NCBI GenBank assembly: GCA_965219385.1
Contig: CBDCNM010000002.1
Location: forward strand, 2,226,936-2,290,935
Direction of reading: 5' to 3'
DNA from: Candidatus Latescibacterota bacterium
GTDB taxonomy: Bacteria > Latescibacterota > UBA2968 > UBA8231
Length of the DNA: 64,000 nt
A model generated the notes under the pieces. It was not told the origin of the DNA, ran no database searches, and saw nothing but the letters and a program-made list of their open reading frames with translations. The translations under genes and the position numbers were made by a program. Positions 1 through 9,508 of the stretch are shown here, one piece after another (position 1 is the stretch's first letter; each line of letters starts with the position of its first letter).

Positions 1-980
1 CCGCTCTGGGCTTTCTATACTTGACAGAGCCGCCCGAAGACCACTTGCCAATACCCGATTTTCGTACCCGAGACGATGCCCCGCCGCCGAGTTCCGATCT
101 GCTTGAGACCGTTTACCTTATGCAGCGTCGTCAAGCTTGGATGCGCGACGAGTTAATCGGAGAGGAAGCTGCGCCGCTGAACTTCATTGGAGGCTACGGG
201 CTAAATGACAATCCCCTGCAAGTCGCCCGCGCGATACGCGATGCACTCCAACTTGCTGACGACTGGGCGGCCCCTATGCCCACTTGGTCGGATGCGCTCG
301 GGCATTTGCGAGATAAAGCCGAGGCTGCCGGTGTGCTGGTGGTTTTCAATGGCGTCGTGGGAAACAACACAAGCCGCACACTCAATCCGGATGAATTTCA
401 GGGCTTCGCTCTCGTGGACGCACATGCCCCGCTGGTCTTTGTGAATAATGCCGACTTCAAGGCCGCCCAGATGTTTACCTTGGCCCACGAACTGGCGCAC
501 CTTTTTGTTGGAGAGACCGGCGTCTCCAGTTTTAAAGACCTACAGTCCGCGTCCAATGACACAGAGCAATTTTGCGACCAGGCAGCGGCGGAGTTCTTGG
601 TGCCGGAGGTCAAGTTGCGCGCTTTCTGGCCTACAGCTACGCGGACAAGTGACCCTTATCGGTCTGTTGCGCGCCAGTTCAAGGTAAGTTCTCTTGTAGC
701 CGTGCGCCGCGTACTCGACCTCGACTTGATTGACTTGGAGTCCTTCTTCAGGTTCTATAGAGAATATAAGGACAAAGAATGGCACAGCAGTCGGCAGGGC
801 GAAGCAAGTGGCGGAAATTTCTGGAACACTCAGAAATGGCGCATTGGCCTCCGCTTTGGCACTGCAATCGTCCGTGCGGTCAGGGAAGGCCGTCTGCTCT
901 ATCGCGAGGCGTACAATCTCACCGGTCTGAAGGGAGAAACCTTTGAAAACATGCCGGAAAAGATGGGGATACCGCTGTGA
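1..980 (+). CDS. ImmA/IrrE (Peptidase M78/DUF955) zinc metallopeptidase, probably with an N-terminal XRE HTH; 5' end lies outside the window
   Basis: HExxH motif in FTLAHELAH and EQFCDQAAAEFL. The frame is open from position 3 (ALGFLYLTEPP), so the start is upstream of the window. Confidence 0.85.
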   Translation, partial: ALGFLYLTEPPEDHLPIPDFRTRDDAPPPSSDLLETVYLMQRRQAWMRDELIGEEAAPLNFIGGYGLNDNPLQVARAIRDALQLADDWAAPMPTWSDALGHLRDKAEAAGVLVVFNGVVGNNTSRTLNPDEFQGFALVDAHAPLVFVNNADFKAAQMFTLAHELAHLFVGETGVSSFKDLQSASNDTEQFCDQAAAEFLVPEVKLRAFWPTATRTSDPYRSVARQFKVSSLVAVRRVLDLDLIDLESFFRFYREYKDKEWHSSRQGEASGGNFWNTQKWRIGLRFGTAIVRAVREGRLLYREAYNLTGLKGETFENMPEKMGIPL

Positions 981-1498
981 TGAACCGGGATCGCTCCTTG
1001 TTCGTGCTGGATACGAATGTTTTTATAGAGGCGCATCGCCGCTACTACGCGCAAGATATATGCCCGGGATTCTGGGAATGTCTGACGCATTATTGCAGCG
1101 AGGGGCAGGTGTTGAGCATTGATCGCGTTCGTGACGAAATGCTCATCAGCCCAGATCAACTATCTGAGTGGGTGAATCAGGCACCGGACGATCTATTTGT
1201 ATCATCAGCGGAACAATCGGTTGTAAATGCTTTCATGGAAATGATGGGCTGGGTGCAAGGGAATGGGCAGTTCCGGTCTGAAGCAAAAGAGAAGTTCGCA
1301 AGCGTAGCTGATGGGTGGCTCGCGGCCTACGCCAGAGTTCACAACGCGGTTGTAGTTACTCACGAGGTATTTAACCCGAACGCGAAGAAAAAGGTACACC
1401 TGCCAAATGTATGTAGGCAGTTCGATGTTGATTACCGAGACACCTTTGAGATGCTGCGCGAGCTTGAGGTTTGTTTTCACTGGAGGCGCTCCCCATGA
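977..1498 (+). CDS. DUF4411-like PIN-domain protein
   Basis: PIN start motif FVLDTNVFIEA, plus ADGWLAAYA and VVVTHE...LPNVC. Overlaps the peptidase stop codon. Confidence 0.8.
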   Translation: MMNRDRSLFVLDTNVFIEAHRRYYAQDICPGFWECLTHYCSEGQVLSIDRVRDEMLISPDQLSEWVNQAPDDLFVSSAEQSVVNAFMEMMGWVQGNGQFRSEAKEKFASVADGWLAAYARVHNAVVVTHEVFNPNAKKKVHLPNVCRQFDVDYRDTFEMLRELEVCFHWRRSP

Positions 1499-1545
1499 CC
1501 ACCGACACCAGCGAAAGGAGCCTTGAGTGTTTCATCCACGCGGAT
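1495..1545 (+). pseudogene. Probable N-terminal stub of a type I restriction subunit R
   Basis: ATGA overlap with the PIN gene stop. MTTDTSERSLECFI resembles the MTTDTSEKGLE-type HsdR start, then similarity is lost. Confidence 0.5.
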
Positions 1546-1674
1546 TGCATCTCTGGTGAGCGCGGCGTCCGTTGGCCGCGGCGCGTCTGCCCGATGAATC
1601 CGGTGCACCGGAGCCAATTGACGAGACGAACTGGACAACTTGCCGCGGATAGGGGATGGGCATAGGAGATCGCT

Positions 1675-2190
1675 GTGTTGGAGAGGACCCTTACGTCCGA
1701 GGCTCGGATCATAAGCTCGGCCCCAATTGCTCGGCCTGGAGAACGAGGCAGGCTCCCGGCACCCGAGCGGCGCCAACGGCTGGTGGTGGCGGGATTCGGC
1801 ATGGTAGCGTACAAGCTCGTCGAGCGCCTGTCTGCTCTGGAAGCACTGGGACGCTACGCCGTCACCCTCATTGGCGAGGAGCCCTACCTGGCGTACGACC
1901 GAGTCCGTCTCACCGGGTGGCTCGACCACCGCGACTCGCAACGGCTTGCCTTGGGGCGGCCAGGCTGGAGCGAGGCGCTGGATATCCGCGTCATCACCGG
2001 CAATCCGGTGGCCTCCATCGACCGTGAAAACCACTCTGGGCGGCTTACTACTTCTGATGCCATGCGCCCCAGGTACTTCGCTCTCGTCTGGCTCATCGCG
2101 ACTCTTGGCCTTGCCGGGTACCTGGCGTTCAACATCACCGGTGAAGACCGGAGCGCGTTCTTGCCCGGCACGACGACGGACGGCCACTAA
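1675..2190 (+). pseudogene. Chimeric remnant: NirB-like NAD(P)H nitrite reductase N-terminus joined to a membrane-anchored (cytochrome c-like) N-terminus
   Basis: RLVVAGFGMVAYKLVERL...TLIGEEPYLAYDRVRL is a NirB-type FAD-binding start and ends near 2035. From 2062 a TM helix and FLPGTTTDGH end at TAA. Confidence 0.65.
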
Positions 2191-2239
2191 TGTCCGGGAA
2201 CGCCGGGCGCTCTCCTCGAAGTACCAGGACGATTTGAAT

Positions 2240-4801
2240 CTACTTGAGCAGGAGCATGCGCCGCGTACGGGTGAGCCCACGGGTTTGCAACCGGTACACA
2301 TAAACCCCGCTGCTCACCCTCATCCCGCGTTCATCGCGGCCGTTCCAGACCACGTGGTGGACCCCGGCCGGTAGTTCCTGGGCCACGAGGGTGCGCAGAC
2401 GCTGGCCCGGCACGGTGAAAATTTCCAGGCGCACGAAAGCAGGGTAGGGCAGGTCAAAGCGGATGGTGGTCTCCGGGTTGAAAGGATTGGGACGATTGGA
2501 GTACAACGCCAGCCTGGTCGGCACGACGCCGGGTAGGTCGGTCCCTTCGCTGCGGCCCAGGATGCGGCCGTCGTTGAAGCGGGCGCGCTCGAGCCGCACC
2601 GCCGCGGTCGTTCCCGTCGTTTCCGGGGGATAGATGCGCAGCAATTCACCCGGCCCCGAAACCGGTGTGGCCCCGGCCAGCACAATCCGCAACTCGTCCC
2701 TGTCGGAGCGCCAGGCATAGAGGAAGTGGTCCAGCCCGGCCCCCGGTTCCACCCGGCCGGAAAGGCCCCTCAGCGCCAGTTCCCCGGAGACGATGGCTTG
2801 GCGCTCCCCGGCCCACACCGACACGTAGTCGTCGTGCATCCGCAACGCCAGCAGGCATTCTCTTGCCCTGCGTCTGGGGGCCGCGCCTCCCGTCTCTGTC
2901 TTCGGGTGGTTGGAAGCGCCGGCTTCCTGCACCGGAAACAGACGGCGCATTCCCACCCGGTGCTGCAGGATCAGGGCCGCGTCGTAGGGGGTAATGGCGC
3001 TGAGCGGAGCCAGGGCATCCACGTTGGCCGCCAGGGAGTCCTGCCCGGCCAGAAACGGGGACAGGGCATGGGTCAGTACCCTGGAGGCGTCAAAGGCCTG
3101 CACCTGGCCGTTGCCGTCCGCGTCCCCGAACAGGCCCACCACCTGGCCGGTGTCCAGCACGGCGACCGAGCTGCCCGTGAGCGAGCGCTCGTCCACGTAG
3201 TGCACCTGGATGGTGTCCGCGCCCTGGGTGGCCAGGACGCCGTCGGTGCTACTGCTGCTGGCAAGGACGGTCTTCAGCATCCCGAAAAACACGCTGTCGT
3301 CCACGCTGATCTCGGTCAGGACAAGGGCCTTGGAGTCCGCGGTGGTGCGGTTCAAAACGTCCACCTCGGTGGCTTCCCGCACGGCCGGATCCGCGTTGAG
3401 ATCCGCGTCGACGACCTGGATTCTGAGGGTATCGCCCGGCTGGGAGACCGCGGTCATCTCGACCCGGCCGTCGCGCCCCCCGCTCACCCAGGCGGTGGCG
3501 CACAACTCCACGGTCTGGCCGGCCGCATTCAGGGAGTCGTCGTAGCAAAATTCGATCGTGCTTCCAGGATCGGTTTCAATCGCCTCGTTGTCCGCCACCG
3601 CCGCGCCCGGGGCCACGGGCAGCGAGCCTGTAAAGACGCCGCTGCTGTTGCCGGTCTCCACCACGGTCACGTCTTCGCTCTGCGCTCCGGTCTCGGCCCG
3701 CACCGCCAGAACATCCGGCGCCAGGGGATCCCGGTCTTCGTCCGCGTCCACAATGCTCACCTCGATGGTCTCGGGCGGCACGAGCTGTTCCGGCGCGATG
3801 ATCAGCGTCCCGTCCACGCCCGTCACCCGGACCCCACCGTGCTCCACCGAATGGCCTGGGGTGCCGTCGTTGAAAAGGACGTGCTCCAGGACCAGCGGCG
3901 CCTGGGCCGGCCGCCGCTGAGTGGCCACGGCGAAGTGGATATCCATGAGCGCGCCGGCCCCGGTCAAGGGAGCGCCGCTGGTGGCCATGGCGATCTTGAG
4001 GGTGTCGATGGAAGTGTCGCTTCCCGCCGCCGTGTTCGTGGCCAAGGTCCAGTGGCCCCCGGCCAGAGCACCTGCCGCGGCCTCTACGAGGCTCAGGACA
4101 GCGCCTCCGTAACTGATGAAGAATTCGGCCGCCACGATTCCCTGGCCGCTGGTATCGCCGAGGCGCAAGGGCACCCTTAGCGAGCCGCCGTGCGCCGCGA
4201 CGGTATCCGGCAGGGAAACCGCGATTCCCGCGGACGAGGGAGGCGAGCCCACCACGCCCGGGCTCGGGGAATCCCGGGGGGTGAAATCGGCCAGGTTGTC
4301 GTCCGTGTCGGAGCCTTCGGCGTCGCGCGACAGGCTCTGACCGGCGGAGACCGTGGGCGCCGGGGTGCCCTCCCCGGCGTTGAAAGCGCCCGCGTCCCCG
4401 TACTGCAGGGCGTCCACAATCTCGTCGTCGGGATTGCGCAGCTGCACGGCATCGGGCCCGTTCTGCCAGTCCACCGCGGCGACGACGTCCCGCTGGGCCA
4501 GCACCTCCCCGGCCGCTTTATCGGTGGCCAGCACCAGCACCCCATCCGCCGGAATGACCACCCCCGTCAGGTCCACGGTCTGGTACGCCGATCCCGAACC
4601 ACCGTTGATGCCCACCAGGGTCCACCCATCCAGCTCGAAGCCGGGCTCGCCGACGATCTCGGTGAAGACATCGTCGGCGTCCGTTCCCGGTCCGTCGTAC
4701 ACCACTTCCACGATGATGGGCCGGGCCAGGACCGGCCCGGCCGTCAGGACAAAAGCCGCGATTCCCGCGACCAGGTGACAACGCGTTTTCCCTGCTTTCA
4801 T
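2240..4801 (-). CDS. Secreted multidomain protein: lamin-tail-like, cohesin-like, Ig-like repeats, dockerin-like and C-terminal FlgD-Ig domain
   Basis: AGGAGG RBS before ATG 4801 and a signal peptide. IVEVVYDGPGTD (LTD-like); VPLRL...FFISY...IAMA...GAGALMDIHF (cohesin-like); GDADGNGQVQAFDAS...ITPYDAALILQ (dockerin-like); NRPNPFNPETTIRF...WNGRDE...SSGVY. Confidence 0.75.
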   Translation of the reverse strand: MKAGKTRCHLVAGIAAFVLTAGPVLARPIIVEVVYDGPGTDADDVFTEIVGEPGFELDGWTLVGINGGSGSAYQTVDLTGVVIPADGVLVLATDKAAGEVLAQRDVVAAVDWQNGPDAVQLRNPDDEIVDALQYGDAGAFNAGEGTPAPTVSAGQSLSRDAEGSDTDDNLADFTPRDSPSPGVVGSPPSSAGIAVSLPDTVAAHGGSLRVPLRLGDTSGQGIVAAEFFISYGGAVLSLVEAAAGALAGGHWTLATNTAAGSDTSIDTLKIAMATSGAPLTGAGALMDIHFAVATQRRPAQAPLVLEHVLFNDGTPGHSVEHGGVRVTGVDGTLIIAPEQLVPPETIEVSIVDADEDRDPLAPDVLAVRAETGAQSEDVTVVETGNSSGVFTGSLPVAPGAAVADNEAIETDPGSTIEFCYDDSLNAAGQTVELCATAWVSGGRDGRVEMTAVSQPGDTLRIQVVDADLNADPAVREATEVDVLNRTTADSKALVLTEISVDDSVFFGMLKTVLASSSSTDGVLATQGADTIQVHYVDERSLTGSSVAVLDTGQVVGLFGDADGNGQVQAFDASRVLTHALSPFLAGQDSLAANVDALAPLSAITPYDAALILQHRVGMRRLFPVQEAGASNHPKTETGGAAPRRRARECLLALRMHDDYVSVWAGERQAIVSGELALRGLSGRVEPGAGLDHFLYAWRSDRDELRIVLAGATPVSGPGELLRIYPPETTGTTAAVRLERARFNDGRILGRSEGTDLPGVVPTRLALYSNRPNPFNPETTIRFDLPYPAFVRLEIFTVPGQRLRTLVAQELPAGVHHVVWNGRDERGMRVSSGVYVYRLQTRGLTRTRRMLLLK

Positions 4802-5069
4802 GACCAGACCTCCTTCTCTTGGATAGGGGCCACCGGGTGCCCCCTGACCGGCTTTGCAACGACTACCGGGACGACCCGGAAGAAGCAGTAGACGCTGGCC
4901 GCTGTCTATGGATGGACTGCCTCCAGGTGGACGGCGACGATGTAGCCGGCTTGGGGAAGGCCCGGCGACCCCGGGTGTGCCGGGAAGGGTGTAGCACAAC
5001 TCGTGCCGGAAGCAGAAAAAAGTTTTTAAGTGATACTGCCGGAAAGGGATAGAGAGGATGGCCGCGCCT

Positions 5070-5123
5070 CCTGCCTGGCGGCACCGGTGTTACGTTCCGG
5101 TAACACCGGTGCCGCCAGGCAGG
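5070..5123. repeat. Perfect 24-bp inverted repeat with a 6-nt loop
   Basis: CCTGCCTGGCGGCACCGGTGTTAC-gttccg-GTAACACCGGTGCCGCCAGGCAGG. Confidence 0.95.
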
Positions 5124-5271
5124 GAGTCTTCGGGCCGTATTTATTTGTTTTGTAAAAAGGTAGGCGGTGTGTACTCTCCTACACACCGGCAGCCACTTGA
5201 AAACCGCGCGGATTTGAATACATTCTCTATTTCAGGTTTTTCACCGTAACTTTTTCGCCAAGGAGAGCCGC

Positions 5272-5379
5272 ATGGTAGACAAAAAGATCATTTTCCCGCC
5301 CGCCATCGACTTGAGGATCTGTTTCGCCCACGTAGCCTACCAGCTGGAGAGGAAGCATCATGCCATATCAGATCATTGA
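5272..5379 (+). pseudogene. Short N-terminal remnant, possibly of a D-2-hydroxyacid dehydrogenase
   Basis: AAGGAG RBS, then MVDKKIIFPPAIDLRICFAHVAYQL, which runs out of frame into the rtcB start. Confidence 0.35.
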
Positions 5380-6547
5380 TGGGGTCCCGGTATGGGGAGA
5401 ACCTCTGCAAAATGCCGTCGATCAGATCGCAAACTGCAAGAAGGGTGCTGCCAGGGTAGCGCTGATGGCAGATCACCACCTCGGCTATGCAGTGCCTATC
5501 GGGGGCGTTGTCGCCTATCGCAATAAAATCAGTCCATCGGGCGTGGGTTACGACATTGCCTGCGGCAATAAAGCCGCGAGACTGGATGCGGATGGCGCCG
5601 ACGTGGAGAAGAATATCTCGGGCATCATGGACGAAATCTTTGCGTCCATCGCTTTTGGCATAGGACGCGGAAACAAAGAAAGAGTGGACCACCAACTCTT
5701 CGCGGACGATCCGGCGTGGGACATTCCACTTGCCGCGTCCCTGAACAACCTGGCGCGCCAGCAGCTGGGGACCGTGGGCAGTGGGAATCACTATGTCGAT
5801 GTATTCAAGGATGAAAACGGTTCGATCTGGATCGGGGTTCACTTCGGCTCCAGGGGCCTGGGCCACAGGCTTGCGACCCACTTTTTAAAAGCGGCGGGTG
5901 GTCGAGACGGGATGAATGTCGATCCGGTCGCGATCGATGTGGAGTCCCAGCTCGGCCAGGAGTACCTCGCCTGTATGCGGCTCGCTGGTCGATACGCTTA
6001 CGCTGGTCGCGACTGGGTGGCCTCTAAAGTAGCCTCCATCATCGGGGCCGAGATCCTCGAAGAGGTCCACAATCACCACAATTTCGCCTGGTGCGAAGAC
6101 CACAATGGCGAGTCCTTCTGGGTTGTGCGCAAGGGCGCAACCCCTGCATTTCCCGGTCAAAAGGGGTTCGTCGGTGGCTCCATGGGGGATATCTCCGCGA
6201 TCATTGAAGGCAAGGACAGCGACGAAGGTAAGCTGTCTCTGTACTCTACGATCCACGGCGCCGGCCGCGTTCTGGGTCGGCGCGAAGCGGCTGGAAAAAC
6301 AAAGTGGAAGAAAGGGAGGATCATCAAAAAAACCGAGGGCAAGATTTCGCGCGCCATGATGATGGAGTGGGTCAGGTCCAGGGAGGTCGAGTTGCGCGGG
6401 GCGGGAACGGACGAATCTCCGCACTGCTACAAGCGGTTGCCCGAGGTCCTGAAACACCACGGCGAGACGATTTCCATCCTGCATACCCTTACGCCTCTCG
6501 GGGTGGCCATGGCCGGAGCCGATGAGTTTGATCCTTATAAGGATTGA
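5360..6547 (+). CDS. rtcB: RtcB family RNA ligase
   Basis: DHHLGYAVPIGG, GVGYDIACG, LGTVGSGNHY, HFGSRG, HNHHN, VVRKGAT, HGAGR and DESPHCYK motifs. Confidence 0.95.
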   Translation: MPYQIIDGVPVWGEPLQNAVDQIANCKKGAARVALMADHHLGYAVPIGGVVAYRNKISPSGVGYDIACGNKAARLDADGADVEKNISGIMDEIFASIAFGIGRGNKERVDHQLFADDPAWDIPLAASLNNLARQQLGTVGSGNHYVDVFKDENGSIWIGVHFGSRGLGHRLATHFLKAAGGRDGMNVDPVAIDVESQLGQEYLACMRLAGRYAYAGRDWVASKVASIIGAEILEEVHNHHNFAWCEDHNGESFWVVRKGATPAFPGQKGFVGGSMGDISAIIEGKDSDEGKLSLYSTIHGAGRVLGRREAAGKTKWKKGRIIKKTEGKISRAMMMEWVRSREVELRGAGTDESPHCYKRLPEVLKHHGETISILHTLTPLGVAMAGADEFDPYKD

Positions 6548-6752
6548 GACGGGCGCAAAGCGGCAAGGTTTAGATGCGCTTGACACCGGCGCGAAAATGG
6601 AGGAAAAGTCCATGCGGAAATTCGCTCCGCGGCCCGAGAGCGAGCGAGAAGGGGCGTGGGGCATCACCTCACCTGCTGCTGTGCCACTCCTTGACCGTGC
6701 ATCCAAAAATGCCCTTTATAATTCCTACTACTATACTTTGGAGGAGTGAGAG

Positions 6753-8354
6753 ATGGCTCGGTACGACCGAGAGCCGGGGTTCGCCTATCCGACAGTCACC
6801 GAGACCTGCGGGCCGCGTCCCTTCCGGCCGGAGCAGTACGTCGTCTACCGGACGGTCGATGACATCGCCGTCGATGGGAAGCTCGACGAAGAGAGTTGGG
6901 CGCTGGCGCCGTGGACCGTAGACTTCGGGCACATCCAGTCGGCGACCGCCTATGCCAGGCCTCACCTGCGCACCCGCGCGCGTTTGTTGTGGAACGACGA
7001 GTATCTCTACGCGGCCGTCGAGCTGGAGGAGCCCCACCTCGTGGCTCACGTGGTCGACAAGGACGAGGAGATATACGACGACAACGACATAGAGATGTTC
7101 ATCGACGTCGACGGCGATGCCCAGGATTACATCGAGCTGGAGTTCAACGCTCTGGGCACCGTGTGGGACATGCTGCTCCCGAAGGAGTACAACCGGGGTG
7201 GTTTGCCCTTCAGCCATCCCAGAATCCCCGAGAGTCAGCCGTGGAGTCTGGAGGGGATGCGTGCTGCCGTGCGCGTTGACGGCAGCCTCAACTACCCCTA
7301 CGACACCGACACCGGCTGGGTCATCGAGCTGTCGATTCCCTGGGCGTCGCTGGCGCCCAGGGACCGATCGGGAACCCCCCTCAACCGCGGAGGGCGCACG
7401 CTGCGGGTCAACTTCAGCCGGGTGCAACATCCATGGCCGCGCGACGTCTGGCCGATTGCGGACTGGACGAATCAGGGCGGTCCGGTCTGGGACTGGACGT
7501 GGTCGCCGGTTCTGGTGTACAACATGCATGCCTGTGAGACCTGGGGGCGACTGGTCCTGTCCGACCGCACCGTGGCGGCGGCGCCGGATCCGGACGTGGG
7601 GAGTATCTTCGGCTTCGTGACGCCGCCTCCGGCTCTGCCGGATGTGACGCCGGGGAAGATGGTCAGCATCGGCGGCGGCACCTTCGTCATCGGCCCGGAC
7701 GCCACCGATGCCGCTGCGTCTCCGCAGGGCGCGGTGACCGTGGCGGACTTCCGCATCGACCGCTGCGCGGTCACCATCGGCGAGTACGCCGGGTTTCTCA
7801 ACGCCGTCGACGACGAACGCTATTACCACGAAGACATGGCCGATCCGGACCTGGCCGGCATCGTCAGGACCGCTGCCGGCGCCTTTGCAGCCGTTCCCGG
7901 CAAGGAGCGCCATCCCGTCGTGTTCGTGGACCAGGAGGGGGCGCGGGCCTACGCGCGGTGGGCGGGCAAGCGCCTGCCCACCGAGTACGAGTGGGAGATC
8001 GCGGCCCGCGGCGCCGCGGCGCGAGCCTACCCGTGGGGCGAGGAGGAGCCCGACGACGGGAGGGCAAATTTCGATTTCCGCGTGGGCCACACGACCCCGG
8101 TGGGCTCGTACCCGCGGGGGAGTACGCCCGAGGGGGTCCACGACCTGGCCGGCAACGTATGGGAAATCGTCGAAGGTAGCTGGGCTGTGTACCCGTGGAG
8201 CGCCGTCACCACAGAGCCCCCTACCAGGGGGGCCCTCATGCGTGGCGGCTCCTGGGTGACCCCGCGGAGCAACCTCAAAAGCACCTATCGAGACGCCTGG
8301 AAGGGGCACAGTGCCATGGTCGGCTTCCGCTGCGCCATGGACGAACCGGAATAA
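6753..8354 (+). CDS. CBM9-like (DOMON-type) domain fused to a SUMF1/FGE-sulfatase domain
   Basis: VDGKLDEESW...LLWNDEYLY...YIELEFNALG...WVIELSIPW in the N-terminal half. RLPTEYEWE, PVGSYP, DLAGNVWE, RGGSW and GFRC in the C-terminal half. GGAGG RBS. Confidence 0.8.
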   Translation: MARYDREPGFAYPTVTETCGPRPFRPEQYVVYRTVDDIAVDGKLDEESWALAPWTVDFGHIQSATAYARPHLRTRARLLWNDEYLYAAVELEEPHLVAHVVDKDEEIYDDNDIEMFIDVDGDAQDYIELEFNALGTVWDMLLPKEYNRGGLPFSHPRIPESQPWSLEGMRAAVRVDGSLNYPYDTDTGWVIELSIPWASLAPRDRSGTPLNRGGRTLRVNFSRVQHPWPRDVWPIADWTNQGGPVWDWTWSPVLVYNMHACETWGRLVLSDRTVAAAPDPDVGSIFGFVTPPPALPDVTPGKMVSIGGGTFVIGPDATDAAASPQGAVTVADFRIDRCAVTIGEYAGFLNAVDDERYYHEDMADPDLAGIVRTAAGAFAAVPGKERHPVVFVDQEGARAYARWAGKRLPTEYEWEIAARGAAARAYPWGEEEPDDGRANFDFRVGHTTPVGSYPRGSTPEGVHDLAGNVWEIVEGSWAVYPWSAVTTEPPTRGALMRGGSWVTPRSNLKSTYRDAWKGHSAMVGFRCAMDEPE

Positions 8355-8563
8355 GGCCAGGCATTCAACAACTCCTTCGATTCGATGTTGACGCTACACA
8401 TTTCACAATGTAATTTTATGGGTGAAAAGGAAGAGATACGGCCACCTCTCATCGAAGCGGACGGAGTAGCCGTCGTCCGGCCTCGACGCGAGGACTAGCA
8501 GACGAGAGACAAAGAACCCCAGCCGCTCAAAGCCGTCGGCGCCAGAGAGGAGTAGACTGCATT

Positions 8564-9469
8564 ATGGAAAAGCGAAACCTGGGCAACACCGGCCTCGAAG
8601 TGACGGTACTGGGCCACGGCACCACGGAGATTCGCGGTTCCCGATCCTGGAACGGGCGCCCCGTGACCGACGGTGAGGCCGAGCGAATTCTCCATGCCGT
8701 GCTCGATGCCGGCATCAACCTGCTCGACACAGCGCCGGACTACGGTCTGAGCGAATCGTATATCGGCCGCTTCATCCGCCAGCGGCGCGATGAATACTAC
8801 CTGGCCTCCAAGTGCGGCTGTACCATCGTCGCAAAACGAGACCACGATGACTACCCCCACGTCTGGACGCGCGCTACCCTCCTGCACAACATCGAGACCA
8901 GTCTCCAGCGCATGAAAACCGACTATATCGACCTGTGGCAACCCCACAATCCAGCGCCCGAGCCGTTCCAGGCCGAAGAACTGGTCGAAGTCATGCAGCG
9001 CGTCGTGCAGCAGGGGAAGGTCCGCCATATTGGCATCTCCACCACCCTGCCGCACATCGAGACCTTTATCGAGTGGGGCGTGTTCGAGTCGTTCCAGATC
9101 CCCTACTCGGCGCTCGAGCGCCAGGAGGAGCACTCGATAACCGCGGCGGCTGAGTCCGGCGCCGGCACCATCATCCGCGGTGGCGTGGCGCAGGGCGAAC
9201 CAGGGGCCGGGCTGGGCAAAACCGAAGTCTGGACGACCTGGGACCGGGCGAACCTGGACGAGTTGCGCGGCGAGGGTGAAAGTCGAACCGCCTTTTTGCT
9301 GCGCTTCACCATCGCGCACCCTCACCTGCACACCACGATTGTGGCCACCAAGAACCCGGACCACCTGGCCGAGAACCTGAAAGCTGTGGAGGCCGGTCCC
9401 CTGTCCCCTGAGCTTTACTCCGAAGCGAAGCGTCGACTGGAACGGGCCGGCCAGCAGCCGGCTTCCTAG
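8564..9469 (+). CDS. Aldo/keto reductase
   Basis: LGNTGLEV, DTAPDYG, SLQRMKTDYIDL, GKVRHIGIS. Confidence 0.9.
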   Translation: MEKRNLGNTGLEVTVLGHGTTEIRGSRSWNGRPVTDGEAERILHAVLDAGINLLDTAPDYGLSESYIGRFIRQRRDEYYLASKCGCTIVAKRDHDDYPHVWTRATLLHNIETSLQRMKTDYIDLWQPHNPAPEPFQAEELVEVMQRVVQQGKVRHIGISTTLPHIETFIEWGVFESFQIPYSALERQEEHSITAAAESGAGTIIRGGVAQGEPGAGLGKTEVWTTWDRANLDELRGEGESRTAFLLRFTIAHPHLHTTIVATKNPDHLAENLKAVEAGPLSPELYSEAKRRLERAGQQPAS

Positions 9470-9508
9470 CAGCTGGCCACCGTTACGGCCCTCGCTCCGC
9501 AGGCAGCT

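Noticed and set aside
4802..5050. Riboswitch in the long leader of the cohesin/dockerin gene (GCAAAGCC seen on the minus strand)
   Set aside because: The remaining c-di-GMP-I or cobalamin consensus elements could not be found by eye; needs an Rfam scan.
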